This document shows, one piece after another, positions 1-7,039 of a stretch of DNA of 64,000 nt. The notes under the pieces were generated by a model. The model had not been told where the DNA came from, searched no databases, and saw only the letters and a list, made by a program, of their open reading frames with translations. Location of the stretch: the IMG/VR virus record IMGVR_UViG_3300032326_000865, positions 5,406 through 69,405 of that record; one strand, written 5' to 3'. Source of the stretch: a virus. The position numbers and the translations under genes are program-made. The number at the start of each line of letters is the position of its first letter. The stretch's first letter is position 1.

Positions 1-48
1 CTCATTGAGGATTCCGACTCCTCCTAGTCTTTTGATTTCTTTATTCAT
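1..48 (-). CDS. 5' end of an ORF running off the left edge (MNKEIKRLGGVGILNE...)
   Basis: ATG at 48, open to the edge, downstream of the 72-86 hairpin. Confidence 0.5.
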   Translation of the reverse strand, partial: MNKEIKRLGGVGILNE

Positions 49-71
49 AATCAACAAAGCAAAAAATCAAC

Positions 72-86
72 AAGCGCAAAGCGCTT
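72..86 (-). promoter_or_regulatory. Conserved hairpin motif, copy 1 (aagcgc-aaa-gcgctt)
   Basis: 6-bp inverted repeat, same motif as at 2706, 8591, 10395 and 60256; loop is AAA here. Confidence 0.55.
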
Positions 87-447
87 AAGGAATTTCGAAG
101 TCTTTAGACTCGGCTAATTCTCCTTTAGCGATAATTGATTCAGGCAATACAGCAGTCTTGAACTCAACCTCTTTAAATGAAACCCATTTTTGTTCCCACG
201 TAGATTTGCCCGTCTTTTGATCGCTATCCGACCATTTTGTAACGCAAAACCCTATTTGAATATCATTGCCGTTATTGTCAGTCTCGTAAATCGGGTCGAT
301 TTTATTCGGCTTTTTAATTTGATAAACATCAAGAAGTCTATCGAAAACCAACTCCCAAGTCTTCTCCATGAAAGAAAAGAAATCTGTTACGATTCCTTCT
401 TCTCCGGGGATGCGACTACTAATAATAGTGACGTTGCACAGAATCAT
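85..447 (-). CDS. Hypothetical phage protein
   Basis: 120-aa ORF in a tightly packed minus-strand run. Confidence 0.7.
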   Translation of the reverse strand: MILCNVTIISSRIPGEEGIVTDFFSFMEKTWELVFDRLLDVYQIKKPNKIDPIYETDNNGNDIQIGFCVTKWSDSDQKTGKSTWEQKWVSFKEVEFKTAVLPESIIAKGELAESKDFEIP

Positions 448-469
448 AATTGCTTTGTTTCACCTTAAA

Positions 470-916
470 TTAAGGAAGGATAAACTGATCAAAATCAGAA
501 GCTTTAGGCACTTCAAATTCATGATCAATAGTCTCATCGCGGTGCTCTGGAGTGATTTTTCTCCTTTTCAGGTAACGATAAACTCGCGCTGCAAACTGAA
601 GCTTGTCGTCAGGCCAATATGTAGAAAACAAAAACAATCCATTAAGGCTATTAAACCTAATGAACGTCTCGTCACAATAATCCTCCCAGTCAGGAGCTTC
701 GCTTTTCCCATTAACGATAAGTGGCCCGTGTCCAAGAGCACAGCAAGTTGTCCCGCATTTGTTTTTTACTTCATTTGGCAGTAATTGACCATCAATGCTT
801 GAAGCAAATAGACTCATATCAAAGTTGATGTTAAACTTCCTAGACATGAGCGCTTTTGCGAGCTTGGCCAAGTTTGAACGCTTTTGTGCGTAAGTGTATT
901 TATTTTTCATTCCCAA
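470..916 (-). CDS. Hypothetical phage protein with CGTxCCALG motif
   Basis: FDMSxF...CGTTCCALGH pattern common in small phage proteins; start may be 910. Confidence 0.75.
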   Translation of the reverse strand: MGMKNKYTYAQKRSNLAKLAKALMSRKFNINFDMSLFASSIDGQLLPNEVKNKCGTTCCALGHGPLIVNGKSEAPDWEDYCDETFIRFNSLNGLFLFSTYWPDDKLQFAARVYRYLKRRKITPEHRDETIDHEFEVPKASDFDQFILP

Positions 917-1275
917 AGTTTTTTTAGTTTTTTTAGTTCTTTTATTCCTGATTCAGTTATTCCGTATTCATTCCAGTTTTCATCATCGTCATGAAAGCGC
1001 TGAATATCTTCCCAGAATCTTAATGAATGCCCCTTGTATTCTTCCTTTAGGAGAGATTCGGGATCTTCAAGAGATCCGACTCCTTTGTATGCTGCCAATC
1101 GCCTGTTATCCACCGCCAAAAGATAACCGCGAGAGTTTTCATTACAGCAACGAGAGAACGCGCACATCGCCCCATCTTGGCCGATATAAACGCACTCTCC
1201 ATCGTTATTTACGGACCTATTACTGTCGTTGTAATAGTTTGCTGTCTCCTCAATGATTTCAATCTTGGTCTTCAT
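907..1275 (-). CDS. Hypothetical phage protein (CVY...CAF...QRFHD type)
   Basis: Overlap-coupled ORF with a recurrent phage motif pattern. Confidence 0.75.
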   Translation of the reverse strand: MKTKIEIIEETANYYNDSNRSVNNDGECVYIGQDGAMCAFSRCCNENSRGYLLAVDNRRLAAYKGVGSLEDPESLLKEEYKGHSLRFWEDIQRFHDDDENWNEYGITESGIKELKKLKKLWE

Positions 1276-1631
1276 GCTGATTGGATGTCTTCCCAGATTT
1301 TATCTGGAATATATTCTCTTGGGGCTGTGTCCATTCTCCTTGCGTGCTTATAGGCTTCTTTCCATTCACCTTTTTTATACAAGGAAAGAACTCGCCTCAT
1401 ATCTTTTCTGTCTGCTACATACATTTTAATCATTCCAATGTTTTTGTTGAGGGTCCATTGATGATTCTTAATTACTTCTGCAAACTTATTGCAGGACTCC
1501 TTGCATGGCTCCATATAATCAAATTGCTTTTTTGATTCGCTTTCTGGATTGGACAATAACCTGCTTGATAAGGTATTGCTGGAATGACAAGCTGTAATCC
1601 ACAAAACCTTTGTGATGTGCGCTTTCTTCAA
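1272..1631 (-). CDS. Hypothetical protein; true start probably near 1515
   Basis: 5' part overlaps the ATPase gene; stop overlaps the next ATG. Confidence 0.55.
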   Translation of the reverse strand: MKKAHITKVLWITACHSSNTLSSRLLSNPESESKKQFDYMEPCKESCNKFAEVIKNHQWTLNKNIGMIKMYVADRKDMRRVLSLYKKGEWKEAYKHARRMDTAPREYIPDKIWEDIQSA

Positions 1632-2691
1632 AGATAGTCTGAACTAGCTCAAATTGACCAGATTCAAACGCCTTGTCAGTGAGGTGCATTGCGCCGTCGT
1701 AATAGTAGGCAACGACATTAGAATCACTAGAATCAACGCGATGGATCTGACAGTCCACTCTGTAGCCAGATTGCTCAAGAAAGTCGCAAGCGTCTTGAAC
1801 CATGAGCTTTTCATCATCAGTCATTTCCTTAATGGCAAATCCAGAAGAGGGATTACGAAGACGAAGAATGTTGGCGATTTTAGGATTCAGTGAAGTTGGG
1901 CGCTTCTTCCAAACTTCATTGACGGTTTCCTCCATTTCTTTGGACCAAGTATTGTCGTAATCAAACTCAGACTCAATACCTTTGGAGGTGATGAGCTTTT
2001 CAATTAGGCTCTTGTCCTTGAGGTGTTTACAAATAGCCACACCTACAGTGTAACGGAACGCGTAGATGTTTGCCATCGTACGGTCTTCCGTCAGGTCAAG
2101 ATGAGAAAGAATCTCGTAAGACCAATTGGCTTGCTGAAGCTCAGAAACTTTAACACCGCGAAACCAAACGTCACCCTTGCCAGTGTAGAAATTGACAGTA
2201 TTGGTCTTAGCAATTGGCTCACGATCACCAATAAAGATACGATCATTATTCTTGTGAGAATCAATGATTTCTGGACCAGTGACGACAATAGAAGTTCCAG
2301 CACTCAAAGGGCCACTTGCCAGAAGGCATACCCCAGACTCGTCCATGGTATTGGACATGAGCTCGCGATATGCTTGATCAACAGTCCACTTGAATCCGTA
2401 GTGAGTCGTGAATGCAAGGTGCTTGCCATTGCAAAGAACACGCTGGAACTCTTGACCACGGAATTCCATTTTCTCGAGACTGAACTCATAAACTTTACCA
2501 GATTCGCAATGGATTGTAACTTCGTGTCCAGTTCGGAGAAGCACTGCGATTGCATACTTAAATCCAGTTCCAAACATTCCAATGCTCTCTTCATTGGTCT
2601 TTACTGACAGACCCATAAGCTCCCAAGCACCGGGATTGATTTCTCCGTTAGTATGGAACACTACGGATTTGTTTTCTTGAATTGTGTTCAT
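1519..2691 (-). CDS. GHKL (HATPase/Hsp90-like) ATPase with a degenerate C-terminal zincin-like motif
   Basis: SIGMFGTGFKYAIAVLLR lid motif, RELMSNTMDE motif, C-terminal IFEESAHH...F. Confidence 0.75.
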   Translation of the reverse strand: MNTIQENKSVVFHTNGEINPGAWELMGLSVKTNEESIGMFGTGFKYAIAVLLRTGHEVTIHCESGKVYEFSLEKMEFRGQEFQRVLCNGKHLAFTTHYGFKWTVDQAYRELMSNTMDESGVCLLASGPLSAGTSIVVTGPEIIDSHKNNDRIFIGDREPIAKTNTVNFYTGKGDVWFRGVKVSELQQANWSYEILSHLDLTEDRTMANIYAFRYTVGVAICKHLKDKSLIEKLITSKGIESEFDYDNTWSKEMEETVNEVWKKRPTSLNPKIANILRLRNPSSGFAIKEMTDDEKLMVQDACDFLEQSGYRVDCQIHRVDSSDSNVVAYYYDGAMHLTDKAFESGQFELVQTIFEESAHHKGFVDYSLSFQQYLIKQVIVQSRKRIKKAI

Positions 2692-2705
2692 TACATTAAA
2701 TGCTC

Positions 2706-2720
2706 AAGCCCGAAGGGCTT
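2706..2720 (-). promoter_or_regulatory. Conserved hairpin motif, copy 2 (aagccc-gaa-gggctt)
   Basis: Compensatory stem change relative to other copies; 15 nt upstream of the ATPase ATG. Confidence 0.55.
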
Positions 2721-2868
2721 TGTTGTTTTATTGATTTAAAAGAACGTGCGACGCAGCCGACCGCTAGCGCTGCGGATGGTCGGGGGTGTTATTCATTGCG
2801 GGGTATTGGGGAGTTATTGCGGACTTGTGGTTTAGAAGGTCTTTCAAGCGGAAGGGAGTGAAGATCCC

Positions 2869-3369
2869 ATGAATCGAATCGAAGCAGCAGAGGAATGGAT
2901 ATCCACCCAATCTGAGGCAGCACGAACGACGCTCGCCAAAGCCATAGCAGGAGCGTGGACTCTGGCGCTTCCACTGTTGCTATCGTTGTCAGGGTTATCC
3001 ACAGCAAACAAAATCCTAGGTAGTGTCCTCTGGGTTTCAGCGACGCTGAATTTATTTCTTCTCGTGCGGGTGTGCTGGCATCGAACACAGAACAGGCGAC
3101 GTGAAGTCGATCAAGCCAAGTTACCTGAACCACCTTCACTTGATGGTTTTGACTTGAGCGTTTTGATCCGATTGGTTGCATACGACGTAGGGTCAGGAGT
3201 TCACAGACTCGCGAACGACATGGGCGTAGAGTCCTTTAAGGTTTCGCACAGCACCGACAAACTGCTGGCCTGCGGCTATGTGGATTACCTCAGAGAATCG
3301 TCGTCCGGTTCGGTTTACCGCGCCAATGCCGCAGGACGTTCGCGGTGTCTCAACCCACCGAAGAAATGA
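2869..3369 (+). CDS. Cassette-borne membrane protein with a C-terminal winged-HTH-like domain
   Basis: GGGAG RBS; two hydrophobic segments; VHRLANDMGV...DKLLACGYV; stop 5 nt before the first attC. Confidence 0.7.
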   Translation: MNRIEAAEEWISTQSEAARTTLAKAIAGAWTLALPLLLSLSGLSTANKILGSVLWVSATLNLFLLVRVCWHRTQNRRREVDQAKLPEPPSLDGFDLSVLIRLVAYDVGSGVHRLANDMGVESFKVSHSTDKLLACGYVDYLRESSSGSVYRANAAGRSRCLNPPKK

Positions 3370-3374
3370 AGAGC

Positions 3375-3504
3375 AACGAACAAGGCGTGCCATACAACCG
3401 CTACCAGCCCTACTGTCGGCGGAGTCTTGGCGTGGCTTCATGGCTTCACCCCCGTTTCGAAGCTGGCTCTCGCTGGTAGCGGTGTATGCACTTTGACGTT
3501 CAGC
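3375..3504 (+). repeat. attC-like site 1
   Basis: AACGAAC...GTTCAGC; left arm tgcCatacaAccgctaccagc pairs with gctggtagcggtgtatgca, leaving two unpaired bases (C, A). Confidence 0.85.
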
Positions 3505-3803
3505 TCATAAAATCCATCGGGGCGCTTTTTGAATAGGTGGGCTCGATTAGGGTCAACGTGCGCCCGCAATCCGCCTTCCAACGGTTTCGGCAGCCGCTCG
3601 AACGTGGTCAGTTGCTTTTCCTGATTTTCCCAGAAACGGATTGAGTATGCCGCGCCGATGATGTTCCCGAGGATCTGATCGACCGGACCGAACACGCCTC
3701 CCTTGTGCTCGTATGGTGTGATTTCGCGGAGATTTGACCACGCGATGTCGATGCGTTGGCCGGGTTTGAGGCTTCCTACAAGTTGGATGAGTCGTTGTTT
3801 CAT
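3438..3803 (-). CDS. Hypothetical protein, antisense cassette gene (MKQRLIQL...)
   Basis: ATG at 3803; C-terminus reads through the right arm of attC1 and stops in its loop. Confidence 0.7.
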   Translation of the reverse strand: MKQRLIQLVGSLKPGQRIDIAWSNLREITPYEHKGGVFGPVDQILGNIIGAAYSIRFWENQEKQLTTFERLPKPLEGGLRAHVDPNRAHLFKKRPDGFYELNVKVHTPLPARASFETGVKP

Positions 3804-3818
3804 GGTGATTCGAGCAAA

Positions 3819-3905
3819 GCTGAACAAGTCGCGGATGGCGACGGCGATCAGCCGTCAATTTGATTTCAATCTCCAGCGCGCCGCGCCATCGCTGGATCGT
3901 TCAGC
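3819..3905 (+). repeat. attC-like site 2
   Basis: GCTGAAC...GTTCAGC; arms gcGgatggcgAcggcg / cgccgcgccatcgc. Confidence 0.85.
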
Positions 3906-4179
3906 TCACTGATTCGGGCGTGTATTCGACGACCGCTTCCATCTTGGCCAAGTAGTGGATTCGAATGTTCCGCGATGGTCTGCCGCGCCCATCGGTTGCC
4001 CAGTAGATCACCTTGACGGAGCCGGACCAATCAGGCTTCGGCTCGAACTGCTTTTCGTCGTCGTAATCGACCTCAACGGTCATCTCGAAGCGCTTGATTC
4101 CTTGCGCTTCCGCGAGGGCGGCGGCGGCTTTGGCGAAACCCTCAAGCGAGGGCGGGATTGTTGGTTTGGTGGCGTTCAT
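3901..4179 (-). CDS. Hypothetical protein, antisense cassette gene
   Basis: 92-aa ORF whose TGA overlaps the R' box of attC2. Confidence 0.7.
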   Translation of the reverse strand: MNATKPTIPPSLEGFAKAAAALAEAQGIKRFEMTVEVDYDDEKQFEPKPDWSGSVKVIYWATDGRGRPSRNIRIHYLAKMEAVVEYTPESVS

Positions 4180-4195
4180 AGGTAGTTCGGGGAAA

Positions 4196-4282
4196 GCTGA
4201 ACAAGAAGATGGTGGAGACGGCGATCAGCCGTCAGATGGAAGCGGAGCTTGTTCCGGCCGCTCCACATCAGGGACGTTCGTG
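4196..4282 (+). repeat. attC-like site 3
   Basis: GCTGAAC...GTTCGTG; arms gatGgtggagAcggc / gccgctccacatc. Confidence 0.85.
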
Positions 4283-4509
4283 CTACGGAATTCCAGAGCC
4301 TCGCGGTTGAGTTCAGGCCGGAGCTTGTATCGACCACAGCAGTTGCACCTCCATTCGGATCGCATCCCGTTGTGGTAGTTGATCTGATCGCCGTAGATGT
4401 TGCGGACGAAGCGGTCCACATGCCCGCCAGTTTTCCAGCAGTAGTGCCGCGCCCGAAGAGCACGAACAAGTCGCGGCAGAGAAACCGCCCATAATCTTTT
4501 CAATTTCAT
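4225..4509 (-). CDS. Small Cys/His protein (RNIYGDQIN...RSEWRCNCCG), antisense cassette gene
   Basis: ATG in the loop of attC4, stop in the loop of attC3; CxxC motif. Confidence 0.65.
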   Translation of the reverse strand: MKLKRLWAVSLPRLVRALRARHYCWKTGGHVDRFVRNIYGDQINYHNGMRSEWRCNCCGRYKLRPELNREALEFRSTNVPDVERPEQAPLPSDG

Positions 4510-4557
4510 TTCATTGGCCTTTCTTGCGCGGCGGTGCCTGCGCTGTTGTCGTTCATC
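4461..4557 (+). repeat. attC-like site 4
   Basis: CACGAAC...GTTCATC; imperfect arms gcggcag..accgcc / ggcggtgcctgcgc. Confidence 0.8.
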
Positions 4558-4753
4558 CAATAATTTGGCATTCGGGCGGGTAGTAATCGAACATGCAGAC
4601 CACATTGTGGTGATCCAGTTTCAGCTTCAGGAAGCAGTCATCCGTTCCGACGACCATTCCCACATGCGGCGTTTTCCCGTCGCGTTCGACCATCACCTCG
4701 CAGCCGAGCGTGAAGGACGTTCCGAACATTTCGTTGATTTCTTCGAGCGTCAT
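4553..4753 (-). CDS. Small SH3/KOW-like hypothetical protein, antisense cassette gene (MTLEEINEMF...)
   Basis: ATG at 4753 just inside the cassette; TGA overlaps the R' box of attC4. Confidence 0.65.
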   Translation of the reverse strand: MTLEEINEMFGTSFTLGCEVMVERDGKTPHVGMVVGTDDCFLKLKLDHHNVVCMFDYYPPECQIIG

Positions 4754-4758
4754 AAGAG

Positions 4759-4845
4759 GATGAACAAGTTGGTGGATGGAACGGCGAGGAAGTCTATTGG
4801 TGAGGCGGCGCTGGTTCGCGCCGTCCATCACCATCGGCGTTCGGC
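4759..4845 (+). repeat. attC-like site 5
   Basis: GATGAAC...GTTCGGC; arms tggtGgatggAacggcg / cgccgtccatcacca. Confidence 0.85.
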
Positions 4846-5084
4846 TTAACTGAAATCTTCCCGTTTTCGTTCCAAACCATCAGCGGCCATTTGTGATCGT
4901 TTCGATTCTTGGACTCGCAAGCCAGGCACACCACCGACAGCAGCTTGTCCCAGGCGTCGCCCATCGTCTCGCCGCTCACCTCCACATGAACAACGAACGC
5001 CGAACAAGGCGCGGCAGCGGCAACCCCCGACCCGTCATCGGTCGGAGTTGCCGGGGTGGATTCTTGGATAGGTTCAGGGGTCAT
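4794..5084 (-). CDS. Hypothetical protein, antisense cassette gene (MTPEPIQEST...)
   Basis: Starts in the loop of attC6 (ATGA overlap) and ends in the loop of attC5. Confidence 0.6.
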   Translation of the reverse strand: MTPEPIQESTPATPTDDGSGVAAAAPCSAFVVHVEVSGETMGDAWDKLLSVVCLACESKNRNDHKWPLMVWNENGKISVKPNADGDGRREPAPPHQ

Positions 5085-5126
5085 GTTCGTTCTCGGTCGG
5101 GGTTGCCTGCGCTTGGGATGTTCTCG
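4999..5126 (+). repeat. attC-like site 6
   Basis: GCCGAAC...GTTCTCG; arms gcggcagcggcaacccccgacc / ggtcggggttgcctgcgc. Confidence 0.8.
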
Positions 5127-5494
5127 GGATCGAATGTTCCGTCCCGGTGGTCGTAGCGAGCGGCCAGATCGGGGATGACTGGCGTGCCTTTCGCGTCGAG
5201 CTTCAAAGTGGCGGCGCGAAACAGCCGTTCGATTTCCGCCACGATCAAGGCACCAGCTTTGACCAGGTTCCGAACAGGATCTTCGCTGGGTCTCCATGCC
5301 TCGTCTTCAAACGGCCAATGGTCTTCGCAGTCGCCCAGATTGTGGCCGTTGTTCCAGAGCACGGCTTCGTGCGTGTAGCACATTGCGGCCACGGCGATTT
5401 CGCCGTGGATGTGCTCGTCATCGTGCGCGGCGGCGTAGCCCAGCGAGCGTTGGTTTGCTCTCTCAAGTTCGATCAGTTCAAGTTCGGTTTTCAT
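5081..5494 (-). CDS. Conserved phage protein (ERxxQ...HDDxH...WP...RNLVKAGALIVAEIERL family)
   Basis: Recognisable widespread phage family; C-terminus reads into attC6. Confidence 0.8.
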   Translation of the reverse strand: MKTELELIELERANQRSLGYAAAHDDEHIHGEIAVAAMCYTHEAVLWNNGHNLGDCEDHWPFEDEAWRPSEDPVRNLVKAGALIVAEIERLFRAATLKLDAKGTPVIPDLAARYDHRDGTFDPENIPSAGNPDRERT

Positions 5495-5628
5495 TTCGTT
5501 GTGATTTCGACGTTTCGGATGATCCATGCGACGATCTCACCAAGCTTCCACATGGCCAGAGGCAGGGAGATTAGGAGCGCGATTCCGAGGACCTTGAAGC
5601 CTCTCCAGATTCCTGAGAATTGATTCAT
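5491..5628 (-). CDS. 45-aa membrane peptide (MNQFSGIWRGFKVLGIALLISLPLAMWKLGEIVAWII...)
   Basis: Hand-translated; ATGA overlap with the next gene. Confidence 0.6.
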   Translation of the reverse strand: MNQFSGIWRGFKVLGIALLISLPLAMWKLGEIVAWIIRNVEITTK

Positions 5629-5795
5629 GCCGGGCTCTCGTCCTCCAGTGTCCGGCGGAACGAGCCGGGTTGTTTCGGGTGCATGTCGTAGTGGGCTCCC
5701 GACCCCGAGAGAAATCCCGGCTTTAGTTCGACGTGCGAGGCGGCTTCCCGCCCGTCCCGCGTTTTGTATTTTTTTGTGATGTCAATCATGGTTTT

Positions 5796-6098
5796 TTAAA
5801 TGACTTCTCTAAACAAACGGTAGTTTGCTTTAGCTTTGTGATTCTCTGGTTCTTGAGTGAAATCAACATGATGATTTCTTATACAAATCCAGCATTCAAG
5901 CGGTTCTTTGTCTTCAATTAGATCAAATGAACTGTATTCTGATGATGATTCAAAAAACTGACCATTTACATTATGGTTTAAAGCTTCACCTGTTGTAAGT
6001 CCGATTGATACAACAGGTTGACTTCCCGGAGCATCAATACATAAAATTCGAGCTAGCTCTCCGTTTCGATAACGGTATTTTTTATTCAGCCGGATTTT
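5796..6098 (-). CDS. Hypothetical phage protein (KKYRxRNGxxARILCxD family)
   Basis: Motif match; start at internal ATG (MKIRLNKK). Confidence 0.75.
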   Translation of the reverse strand, partial: KIRLNKKYRYRNGELARILCIDAPGSQPVVSIGLTTGEALNHNVNGQFFESSSEYSSFDLIEDKEPLECWICIRNHHVDFTQEPENHKAKANYRLFREVI

Positions 6099-6627
6099 CA
6101 TTGTTTTTTCTAAATAAGTTTTCTTTTCTGGCTTCCTTCCAAGCTTTAATTGCTTTTTCTGATTCATTTGTTTCATCTGGTCCATCCAGCCAAGCTAGAA
6201 TCTCAAGCGAAATAGCAAGCCTGTCAGCAAGTTCTCTTTCTGCATTTAGCTTTACTTGTAGTTGCCGGTTAATCGAAGAGAGCTTGGACTTGTTTTTGAT
6301 CTCTTCCAGCTCTTCTTCTAGGCTTTTGATTGTTTCTGCTTGTTCTTTTTTGAACTCTTCACAGCAAGATTCTGTTGAAGTGAGTCCTTCTAAATTAAAG
6401 CCTTCCCTGAGAAGCTTCACTTCTTCTTCAAGTTCTCGCATTCTTTTCGATTGAAGCGCATAAAGACCACGACGGAAATCTAAGTCTGAAGAAGTTTCTA
6501 TGAAATCTTCTTCTAGCTTTGCAATGATTGGTTCAATTACTTCAAGGAAGAAGTCAGGATCGTACGATCCTTCGTCGTTGATTATTGAAACAATTGAATT
6601 TGTTATTGGTGTCCGCGGGTCACTCAT
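6082..6627 (-). CDS. Coiled-coil protein of the TPRTD / AERxLADxLA paralog family
   Basis: MSDPRTPIT..., LNAERELADRLA, AIKAWKEAR shared with the 61.0-62.7 kb genes. Confidence 0.75.
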   Translation of the reverse strand: MSDPRTPITNSIVSIINDEGSYDPDFFLEVIEPIIAKLEEDFIETSSDLDFRRGLYALQSKRMRELEEEVKLLREGFNLEGLTSTESCCEEFKKEQAETIKSLEEELEEIKNKSKLSSINRQLQVKLNAERELADRLAISLEILAWLDGPDETNESEKAIKAWKEARKENLFRKNNENPAE

Positions 6628-7039
6628 TGGTCCAGAGGTTTAGTGTTTTCAGGAAGGCTTCAGCACGTTGGGCGGCGGTTGCTGACCTGAATCTCTGCAT
6701 GTCGCACGCATTATTTGACGACAATCTGGCACCAACAACCGACTCTAACACCTCGGAATAATGATGGTCGTTTTCATCATTCAGCGACTTTTCCGCAGCG
6801 TGCATCGCGTTGAGGTCGTTGAGGTAGTCTAGCAAGCGGATGCGGGAGACTTCAGACCCGTGAAACACTTCCGTTCGCGGAATCTCCTCAATGTCGAATG
6901 GAGGTTTTCCGACCGGAGTCTTAAGATGCTTTTCGGGGAGCGATGAGCCCCATGCTCCATACACGGGGAGATTCAAGTAGATCATGTCTGTCCACCCGCA
7001 AGCCTCTGCGATGGCGATTCTTTGTGCTTCTGGTGTCAT
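6620..7039 (-). CDS. Phage protein (QRIAIAEACGW...DYLNDLNAMHxAE family), copy 1
   Basis: Paralog of 62973-63311. Confidence 0.8.
   Translation of the reverse strand: MTPEAQRIAIAEACGWTDMIYLNLPVYGAWGSSLPEKHLKTPVGKPPFDIEEIPRTEVFHGSEVSRIRLLDYLNDLNAMHAAEKSLNDENDHHYSEVLESVVGARLSSNNACDMQRFRSATAAQRAEAFLKTLNLWTNE

Larger units (their letters stand above)
2741..5760. mobile_element. GC-rich island containing an integron-type cassette array with no integrase in the window
   Basis: Visible GC jump relative to AT-rich flanks; six attC-like sites at 3375-5126. Confidence 0.8.

Noticed and set aside
2742-2790. A seventh attC site
   Set aside because: It has AAC...GTT and a short stem but lacks the arm and unpaired-base pattern; kept only as a possible remnant
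3375-5126. CRISPR array or REP/terminator reading of the repeated palindromes
   Set aside because: Units differ in sequence, spacers are gene-sized, there are no T tails, and the chained box complementarity fits attC sites
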